This document shows, in pieces, positions 61,501 through 64,000 of a stretch of 64,000 nt of DNA. Positions within the stretch are counted from its first letter, which is position 1; each line of letters begins with the position of its first letter. A program made the position numbers and the translations under genes. The notes under the pieces are model-generated. The model was not told where the DNA came from, did no database searches, and was given only the letters and a program-made list of their open reading frames with translations. Source of the stretch: Candidatus Omnitrophota bacterium (lineage in GTDB: Bacteria; Omnitrophota; Gorgyraeia; Zapsychrales; Fredricksoniimonadaceae); NCBI GenBank assembly GCA_903860135.1, contig CAIOPG010000009.1:37916-101915 (forward strand), read 5' to 3'.

Positions 61501-64000
61501 GCAGAACCTCCGGTGATGCCTGCAGCGAACGGCCCCAGATGTAACGCCAAATTAAGATTTTGTGCCCACAATCCAGCGGTTACACTCAAACGGCAACCCT
61601 GCCCGGTAACAGGATCATAGGCAAGAAAAACAACCGGCGGAGAAATTCCGGACAGATCAAACTGCATCTGCATCAACCAATGGATACCCACATCGACTTG
61701 CACAAAACCACCCGAACTATCCGTCAACTGGATAGTGCCCAGATCAAGGCTGAATGTGGTGCGGCTATTAAATACAGCCTGCCAATTGATCGTCATGTCC
61801 AGTTTGCCATTATGGATAACAAGAGCAAAAGCATCATCGCTTAGACCGAGCGCTTGTTGCACAGCATTTTCGACATCCTGAATGCAATCGACTCCGGATT
61901 TCTGCAAGGTTTGCAGTTTTGTCTCAAAGTCGCTGATAAATGATAACACTTCCGATAATGAACGATTCACCACAGGCAATGGCTGTGTGTAAAACGATTG
62001 GCCTTGTAACTCATTATCAATCCAGCTGATAGCATCTGAAATCGCGCCTAAAATATTATCAAAACTCAGGGCTCCTGGATTCATGCTGAATTGCGGCAAG
62101 GTAATGGCATCCGCAGGGATATGACTAAAATCAGTGATATCCACCAGCAAGGCATTATGTCCCTGGATAACCGACAGCCCCGGAACCCCTTCAACCCAAA
62201 CACTGCGCAGGGCAAGATGCAAAGATGCCGTAAAAACCGGCTCTTGTACAGCTGTTAATACGTCCGACAGAGAATAAAATTCATGATCTCCGCTGGGTGT
62301 CGCGACAGTAAGTCCAGCTGAAAAGTTGACCATGGAATTTGTTCCCGGCCCGCCGGCAGTGCAGCGGATGAATCCGGCCTTGGCGACAACAAAAATATCT
62401 GTCACATCAAAAGCCACGGTCCCATTTAATGTAAGTCGGCTAAAAGTCACGCTCATATCGTCTTCGGCTGACACCGGATCATTCCCATCAATATCCAAGC
62501 GGACGACTACGCCCCCGGCAATCGTGATCGCGGCATTGAACCGGGCATCCGTTATTAAAGAAATGAGCCCCTGGAGAGCGTCAATATTAAGATCCAATGG
62601 TTTATTTTGCAGATCCGTCGGCAAAAGATTTATATTGAATGCCAGCGGCAACGTAAATTGTGCGGTTAAAGGATCATAAGCGAGCTGGCTTCCGGCAGGG
62701 AGTAACCCGGAACGATTAACTGCGGAAATAAAATCATTCAAGGTTTTAATCGGTTCACATCCAGCAGCATATACGGTATAGGACAGGCTGGTTTTTTGCT
62801 TATCACCCAGTGTTAACAGTTCCGGTAGCGGTGCTATGGCGAGGGTGCGATAGTCGATGCGGCTCAAAATCAATAATGGCGACAATCCCGTCAGATACAG
62901 CACACGGTTTTGCCATGATTCAGTGCTGTCAAAGATGACAAAACCTTTCAAGATAGCTGTAATAATGCTCGACGGAATAGCAGGATTAACTGCGGCCAGC
63001 GATAAAATGGTGTTTTCAGTTACACTTGGAAGGAATTCAAAATCCGTAATTTTCTTATCATCGAGCGATTGCGCAGTAAAGATTGATTCCAATGCTATGC
63101 GGTATGCTGATATGTCACCAAGCTCTGTCTTTAAAATACCGGTGTTTCCCGGTGCCGTGAACGCCCATTGAGTCACGCCGTTGACGACGGTTGATATTAA
63201 ACCGCCGCCGGTTCCCTGCCCGACAACAACCCCATCAAACGGGATACGTGCGTTCACTTCATCGCGGATAGCCGCAGCAAAATCCAGGACATCGCTCACC
63301 GGGCGATTGATCACGGGGATCATAACATCCCTAATAGCAGGATTTTGAGCCAGCGGTGCCAGCATATCGGCAAGTTTTGTAATCAATTCCCTCACATCCA
63401 TCATGCTTAATTGACGGAATGGATTGAGTTGATCCATATCGGTAGGGATGATTGTTGGCGAGAAAGCAAAAGGTACATTGCCCGTGCCCCCGCTTAAAGA
63501 GAGGGAAATCGTCAGTGTCGGGATATGCAATGGATCAACGGTAAATAGGGGAACTCCTGAAAAATGAACATAGAGGGGTAAGGTCATTGTTAAGTGGTTT
63601 GTTAACGGATGCCCCAGAGCATCTGTTGGAGAAAAGGTCAATGTCTCACCAGATGAAGGGGACAGTGAAGATGTCGCCGAAAACGTGAATGTACCGCCAA
63701 TGGCCATATCCACCGTTCCCTTCTGTCCGCCGGCATCTCCAATACTGATGTCCAGAGGCCCCAACATGGCAGTAAGGATTAAATCATTGGCCTGTGCCCC
63801 GGCTGTAAACGCGCAATGATTAAAATTAAAATCGAATGTACCGTCACTGCCATTGGCTCCGGGAGTGTACGTCAGGGCCAATTCAATATCCAGTGCTACG
63901 GCAAGGTCAAGGGTCGCAGAACCAGTCAGCTGTATGCCTTCCTGCGAAGAAAGTTCTGCCGGCAACACCAGCGGTGTTGATTGATGATAGGAAGGTTTAG
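43518..64000 (-). CDS. giant multi-module surface/adhesin-like protein, >6,827 codons, 5' end beyond window edge
   Basis: Single uninterrupted frame on the minus strand from the window edge to the stop at 43518-43520. It contains an RTX GGxGxD block, FG-GAP repeats, beta-helix-like periodic repeats and internal diverged tandem repeats. Confidence 0.85.
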   Translation of the reverse strand, partial: KPSYHQSTPLVLPAELSSQEGIQLTGSATLDLAVALDIELALTYTPGANGSDGTFDFNFNHCAFTAGAQANDLILTAMLGPLDISIGDAGGQKGTVDMAIGGTFTFSATSSLSPSSGETLTFSPTDALGHPLTNHLTMTLPLYVHFSGVPLFTVDPLHIPTLTISLSLSGGTGNVPFAFSPTIIPTDMDQLNPFRQLSMMDVRELITKLADMLAPLAQNPAIRDVMIPVINRPVSDVLDFAAAIRDEVNARIPFDGVVVGQGTGGGLISTVVNGVTQWAFTAPGNTGILKTELGDISAYRIALESIFTAQSLDDKKITDFEFLPSVTENTILSLAAVNPAIPSSIITAILKGFVIFDSTESWQNRVLYLTGLSPLLILSRIDYRTLAIAPLPELLTLGDKQKTSLSYTVYAAGCEPIKTLNDFISAVNRSGLLPAGSQLAYDPLTAQFTLPLAFNINLLPTDLQNKPLDLNIDALQGLISLITDARFNAAITIAGGVVVRLDIDGNDPVSAEDDMSVTFSRLTLNGTVAFDVTDIFVVAKAGFIRCTAGGPGTNSMVNFSAGLTVATPSGDHEFYSLSDVLTAVQEPVFTASLHLALRSVWVEGVPGLSVIQGHNALLVDITDFSHIPADAITLPQFSMNPGALSFDNILGAISDAISWIDNELQGQSFYTQPLPVVNRSLSEVLSFISDFETKLQTLQKSGVDCIQDVENAVQQALGLSDDAFALVIHNGKLDMTINWQAVFNSRTTFSLDLGTIQLTDSSGGFVQVDVGIHWLMQMQFDLSGISPPVVFLAYDPVTGQGCRLSVTAGLWAQNLNLALHLGPFAAGITGGSAVFNADGVLANAIPASLTITLTSNTNNLINLNVLDSNLQFGFSTSLPVTVDIFGSRLDFGLVACQGYFDQTGFHFVNTGTLPNFSERINELLSGAGFGGNPLELLIDDPSNVISGLDMALGAMQDVFGSALAQNIPFLGSSLGDTVHFLRDFRNGFLTDLRNKLDGTGKTVELIRQSLFDLLTTPQHVLLTDSDGNNLITIADIQVRWMNKDGTNQLWHVGERVPSGADAIQFDLILGGTLIDSSVQIPLNLDLPGFGFSLDGGFGLVGEWSFDFGFGLSLANGFYLSTNSDPTNPELKVNVGAVLTGIGGAPFKANGKLLFFNLTATDEGNNNPDSPFTTSGLFGSLSLNIDGGSADRLTLDNVFSRPLDKIFKIDFGVEADINLRLELSVANGGWLPSLAGDFNLDWGWSLQGGTTQLVTGLNNLGIKMDSLFGNVLLPIASKIQNTLGPIKSVIDTISQTIPGLGPLLQSRGYAPNMMGLISLVASTQNKTIDWSFVNDARYLLNMVDRIVAVSQSIAHDGVILLGDLGGLGTAFCQASNPASNSGQLEEVMTALKGAGNADGNASPLDDRKLFDISPLFKLDNWMAVFTGGNAVLFTSTLPLLQFSMNFRQQLAMIPLGPIQLSISIFGGFSAMADLSFGYDTSGIRKAIDSGNYLDAMDGFYLNDFDINGKDKYELTFTASVGLEAAVGFLIVRGGLGGGLNLNVGIDFQDLNNDGRIHGSEVATMFGYNGDGFFNLVNMDATLSFFANAFVDIYVPFHWERLLNYPLCNQVLWSGSYRAPVVAPYLADVSSGVMHVHSGSLAYQRQYIDKDDGNETFTLTGSGSTVTVTYREWTQTYEGVTSVVAHGGNGNDTLDASGLLDIPVTFFGDDGHDRLTCGVAGGVLDGGNGNDILNASRALKDVSLIGGSGNDRLTGGNVGGILDGGDGNDILTGGAGNDVLNGGSGDDTLRGGEGHDRYIFNDDFGNDTFSDTFGQTFLDFSGMNKPLDAIIGATSVAVTSDSSSINALRTVVPQLNLGSGNDNVTVSSLPENPMTIIDAGGNDTYWIVMAPVNPTDIKKTLAIVDNGGAFDEIVIEQKFTMDLTTRQQIPLVLEPYAILSGDSRVDFGVVASDGSQTSGIERETMIGFGTRFASRHGNVAVDGDTIINVGGTVAIAGTGPGGLIDLDSVGLRVIATVINNAVLQGPVRAGHILLHALGSINTRGVSLEAVDNGYIELASFGNGYVTRQSLLNAGVIATDLSGLLEYLRSQGVIIFNSSSEDMTAPLWLQPFVSGLTDASGLILSAANEKYRQLLYALFNQTAVNSNVNIDLLASVTGSNAAGDGNGSGWIRLMAPLGSITSMGAPIKVSAGHLVLFARDTVGSVAAPITTTVAKLSVTTSVSGSGNIVIVESDGLTLQASSTFSIENDGFTLRAYAAIPGWSTRLINAVGHQPWDKAIDAGHGNISITLNNQASLLTLATGKIVAHGYLAEIALTADDMDFKSGINSIIGTGTLVIRAKSDPWQYTFGTAAEDALGHNEDDPGYIQSATVDLRPSLDLSTRDLAAIKDGFTLLQFGVNNADAVSKNVMILGRLTVNDNVQYHADTLTVWGIVNVYDDPPNNIGGHCTLIADDIEIKFTDIHTSVSAGIFAGEVSILATNTLQIWGFMRVQGNVMITAGNNLHKDTQITSLRLGDKAEIVVLQDNASIDIRSLNNALMAGVIRSDATADNNWVRIYGEEDVVQETGIISVPGSWDNNGPSIFIQADKSLTVSGKIFGGINELLGGGFIKTQRGNGAWVVLNGTRNVSVTGLVATANVLTFNDHGSVERFTLTGTVYSLGSAQDINIKAIDVILAGNLIGDGVATSIMVAADNTLLVSGAIRADKDIALIVNGRDTGDGLTLTTAGSIISGNGLINFTATEDIQSDGIISTNGQASTVTMMAGHDITIANGVNRCAVTATRGIALTAGNNLTLKLTGTLEVIHPSAVITLHAGKAMRLAGIVVADADNAVITCTALADFSLELGALIQTTLNNSQLLVSAEHSVAIKGDIAAGYSQDMAIGVWLQTGTNSSASLFSAWRMDITGTVTTSGHMQLDCGIDNSGVSLLMSGTLRTLAPNDTLVVRGDNDIRLLGNIFVSGAGSGISIKSSRQVYVDGEIQSEGKVVINGGVSSVYIVTATDALTSNILVSEAVLEVFTGGVPHLVRVHPDRANQTREDLAQDVQWALREAGFTIVAADGQVMDSITVTLTVDNKLQFTSGHDFSITGLGGSATLGLTDSNAALPLNGWQWVSAMGLIPANGQLTADISLVVNISKGTMTSHVPVVVLASATADNVTRWDLAADIQDACITAGLTTLDNGIVNGDMVARVEGNSIVLGSKYFFSLIGIRNTGLLGLNDGYTNTTSFYTVTGAWDILYADGILPDTVQFQVTAADTSVIVTVNSGTSLWDLLAQMQSQLPSGINVGLFGAKLFLSSTSSFSIQPLKNADCLGFDGFDELTANTAVPWSNVDLTLLPSSDKIFLGITRATLEGTHAVVSDFTITGVTQATQASNMYTVIHNTAVLQPFQFAVVFGANNTVQLLSQISFTLTAIGHTEICQGTNNLLIPAVAADEHFRFVATGDLLLTQDPIAVVLERTIINSNGLIQKQMINLRTMSTIWGSAAAIQQALINAGLVEMKVWIIGGRLVMDNPVSFSITGVSNSEFFGITTDHLTAQRAHASVIVTKVGRITSMHQADQLVSINIVGENQVRILGVMTAVGDGAIISIKANEQMFLDGTVEAQGAVDITGGDDASSSASVVFTSSSGITARMMTVYAMQDAVILGNCDARAAGGIISITADAHILIGGFWDGLYSGGILSADDAILLNGRSTSGFSVDIDGASILSTVTVNSRINITAGFHARILGGVVAGGVMNDVLVHQTVVGRTLTVFDTQSSISITVLGQVRVGLFLFAGKSILITAGNGVSVYGSAQIKTFADNGTIDIRAGQGILELFATPYSLAIETANWPQHTGGVLPDSVQFTLSVETEKNVFRQVLVNISKTITEDNRSVAGLIADVQYAINAALKTAGLGSDSPTPVSIQVILHDGKIVFTSEGQRFRITGGMNAILLGLSTGTVDAIEPVAMISAAALGGRVLLSGDAAFYIGGSIDSFAGLVFTGGGAGREITVDVPAVIRTRNGSIDFILDAGSNFMMKGLLSASGDGSSVGINGGSVLTISGSITANNAIMMVSGHLSVGQTQSVGITKTAVLSVATGNITIMGNGDIIIDNPINMSYSGSTLTVHTTNGVIWLGKDYGRIDVAGNVVLSGRALNLEGVIGATILSEGIELKADLNASLTGFIATDGNITLTAGQDILVTGKVTTAHGNIMMSAGWNFTTGRVANVIYNDQSDLMVQFGAIFEASHQIILRAAQATDALNTALLYLSPATILQASAGNTPITLILDSGMNIQLAGQLNCAKVEITAHASVLIGGKGYVNGVSATVPGSITAMDNIAIVAGSFYLDAGSLLTANWSGNILNAIDIKTTAGDTLLSGSMTALGSNAVIQVQSAGGLQVGGLILAGQRVTLGSGLKTNVMGASGVIPDLQIKRGAMVDTLSVNGNIDLESTGIIAVEGWVGAHSGGQQEINGAGAVTITTNSLVYVVGSVDNQGKSFDARVMAHQRILMEGIGGLIVTQGASITALDPWVSRVDIHGFNGDISLSAAIDTDALPAIISAGNSIWIEARNLSVGGTLVATGSIDALALQYLQITGVVKAGQAVSCIAGERDVNGFFTGKKDSAGSVLGNITISDAGQIKVISASARVDAITLKAAHNVTIVSANATGGSMLREISYVRPEETKVSYQVGIIREPSGTIQEQVIEYFLTTYMKETDWTPVLKGNWYYTLNVNVDQIGWYDVKTGKEYQTGAGDSSTITVNASPDGTFAVAYNPDTTALRQLYLVTYASGSGEVHTTLNGKDLVLVSDSDALRSLIANGTIAPSMVSPYAEQGYVYILRSDYLSVKRNNINLHIMEYVPEWNGLNDYEYIHCKDFLGTAYTSLPVDKRPDFWLKILKGAKQDIQKAIALPADPLEYVDVGNTWLTAKVQLHQIGWWWPGWKDGLDRNAVILKADGTVNTAIIRDGFTWKNDWVPSTLSVGQELTIGWFADSRTAVTDGPAYDYYNSGLFQQGVQQPGPEWVQWYMLEYVKNSGQRNIIINDASGQNSYSYAEDPVWTKSANYSTASFQAALSTRSNAVDFSQTAVIDAQGLSFKVFCMADMDGDGVAELIIAREGAYVSTLEILKYNAVTGAWNGVIGYVIDSPPVAVQAGDLNNDGKMDLALVTKNQGMQLLFNTGNGIFIDPIILDARPGQDVQVADVNHDGNLDVAYCPLPGLDADGNEIILNPVIYEGNGKGGFTARSGPDFPCSYYGGNKITLTDLNGDGLLDFIAPLLQIGPTYLAIYFNQGNGQWSDRLQLCYQVSSFVVIDMNNDGIMDIVTQSSTRWYSPNDSQMHTDESVIVWLGQKDAFGAVNWQEFWSDIRTDSNWLGGALTAQDFDRDSFKDIIVSLANGDVEVWYGDGAGKVDERKVISHGNKVKLLTVAYDFNQDQINDLVFQQENGDIMFAIRQQITFYIEAPYYYQMISGELRKVSALDDIAFWGGVRELSLINSANNTTSSRFTYSFDSRMTDTIPVNAQQKTDILDVYVGDFGDSLGSYRDNWGVQATGWYFILDNHYSVGQAWVDSAGSYYYVYARESSWFQQRWWIQRYSPIYAHYGSAQPRYSTYDLVRWENAQQSVVWDQVVTGSHWQYQGHIQDIANIDGNSATGWLNNQWVQNLQWINTLYGDVSATYPVTNVMADLNTRNYAPPTPPYILVDDFESRYHYMLDTIYNNHTILDPRRHLNYQVVSQVNLIYQDAPVIQPVTEIHQKITTVEKTAWKTTAVTQDETVLNYVVINKSVIVTPPEYALDALQGTIRIIAGNQVGIQAKIQAMNGDIFIAAASLDIVDAQQCQANGMVELNTAVGLLMLTGEGNVTIHETDDISLGDITLSNHGVLFLTAGGAVNGATDTTLNLAALDVTAQKGINVYNSGNDSLLLQRLMSHEGGVTVRTQGNLFIDYLHSTGTITLDAKGDIQENLPGDSTVDIEANKLILRSGGTLTLDMELDVADTLEIDVPGGFDINFTTPLECALIVNASDVITVTRLQTIDKSVSLLTPKDILIVQLDAGSGLVKLTAGSWISGLTAGVNLQAFEAQLLAGKGIGNISTRLAILSAKSSDGPINVTNTGALSLNNIMAAGDITLFADQLTSTPGTYIDTAHLNAGAVSGMSLNTRITILTAQTSNGCINISETDSILLDSVINHNGSINIMAARQVVVGSVISEMDTTGNDITIFVSMGDVQIDYLAAGINYGKVSVYAAIGAIYELPTDSLVDLKTGVDVVAQRTDFKALLVGSLTNPLLNLEFNVKSLQIIARDLNLISDGDVYLNADVLGIVNVTATGSITAYHLVAKGGKIILSAGKDIQIGYIDAGSDTGVITLSAAGSVYEILATDPDADIVAGKTFINAGVSIAGIDPARHLEMAVKVLQAVCGTGGTIAFNKVSIAGQSADIELTSINAPQGTINISSSGNILISGMVSTGTVKGDIILVASNKVYMNGNSPLTANTLTLTVGIGSYLCTDIAQLTASIASGIFEISEKDAVLLFNVINKNGAIRILAGGTITTKSVIASLDAKGNNVALASTAGDVLIDYVAAGPKYGQVSISAMTGNVREIAAYDTAVDIVASQAILYAKGEIGSKTTPGLNLELNVGAVYKNTGNNFFLNVTGDIDLFCYVSGSVNITATGTINIIALQTTGNGVTIVSQNSNIIVGRLQSMTSGANIALTANGTITVNPLAYDGGLAGITGEGNLNISTGYMVQLTGDVHIAGSVDFTTGAIQISGQLIAKGDVNLFSDLGTTVTGLVRSITGGILIVSDFGSITLKGMLDAKMDITLISFDRLYLYGMISSGRNVTIWSMRSVVNNGKIIAQGTFYFFPRIFMPYYRMPWFMMYWR
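43600..46500 (-). repeat. C-terminal beta-helix-like region with >=3 diverged ~100-aa tandem units carrying D(V/I)xIDYxAAG...G(K/Q)VS(V/I) motif
   Basis: DVQIDYLAAGINYGKVSVYA, DVLIDYVAAGPKYGQVSISA, DIQIGYIDAGSDTGVITLSA. Coordinates approximate. Confidence 0.5.
47780..48840 (-). repeat. FG-GAP/VCBS-type repeats (>=7) predicted to form a beta-propeller inside giant gene
   Basis: DMDGDGVAELI, DLNNDGKMDLAL, DVNHDGNLDVAY, DLNGDGLLDFIA, DMNNDGIMDIV, DFDRDSFKDIIV, DFNQDQINDLVF at ~50-60 aa spacing. Confidence 0.7.
52100..54960 (-). repeat. five or more copies of an unnamed ~60-90-aa module (consensus WDLxADVQxALxxAGL ... DGKxxFTSxxxFxITG ... LGL) interleaved with beta-helix segments
   Basis: Copies identified by eye in the translation, e.g. 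TREDLAQDVQWALREAGF...KLQFTSGHDFSITG and VAGLIADVQYAINAALKTAGL...KIVFTSEGQRFRITG. Coordinates approximate. Confidence 0.5.
58570..58905 (-). repeat. RTX-type calcium-binding nonapeptide repeats (GGxGxDxx) inside giant gene
   Basis: GGNGNDIL, GGSGNDRL, GGDGNDIL, GGAGNDVL, GGSGDDTL, GGEGHDRY in tandem. Confidence 0.8.

Noticed and set aside
43509-63171. Dozens of 60-200-aa plus-strand ORFs inside the giant gene (e.g. 48855-49445, 60142-60648)
   Set aside because: All are antisense to one continuous 20-kb frame with coherent domain content. None has an RBS or family resemblance.
43518-64000. Giant ORF as an assembly artefact of collapsed or expanded repeats
   Set aside because: The internal repeats are substantially diverged at nucleotide level, the frame is maintained across heterogeneous module types, and the flanking genes are normal. 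It is still worth confirming with long reads.

Overview
64 kb window from a Gram-negative-type bacterium. lpxB is present, GC is about 50-55%, and there are low-GC islands. I found no rRNA, tRNA or CRISPR.

Layout, left to right:
(1) Plus-strand core metabolic block: acnA 3' part, leuC, leuD, aroC, an SDR, and an unusual cNMP-binding / degenerate-ParA / patatin-lipase fusion.
(2) An integration hotspot. A small toxin-antitoxin cassette (plus a decayed second toxin fragment) sits next to a roughly 10.1 kb integrated element. The element is bounded by a perfect 19-bp direct repeat (9153-9171 and 19234-19252). It carries an iteron-containing initiator gene, Zn-finger and K/P/S-rich small proteins, a small P-loop packaging-type ATPase, a candidate capsid protein of about 283 aa among many tiny membrane proteins, and an Xis/AlpA-like HTH at the right end. 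It has no integrase. I interpret it as a PM2-like (corticovirus-like) tailless membrane-phage prophage.
(3) Minus-strand mutY-nadK-HAD, then queH and a Dus gene on plus.
(4) A low-GC pair of polytopic GT-C-type membrane glycosyltransferases sitting directly downstream of a PhoR/PhoB-like two-component system.
(5) A Gfo/Idh/MocA oxidoreductase with lpxB.
(6) Minus-strand response regulator and Pif1/RecD-like helicase.
(7) A complete bacterial V/A-type ATPase operon (G/H-C-I-K-F-E-A-B-D), preceded by a PilZ gene.
(8) One giant open frame of more than 20.4 kb (43518 to the window edge, more than 6,800 codons). It encodes a multi-module surface-type protein with an RTX GGxGxD block, an FG-GAP propeller, beta-helix tandem repeats, aromatic-rich segments and an unnamed repeated module.

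The prophage/att architecture and the giant gene with its PilZ neighbour are the most notable loci.
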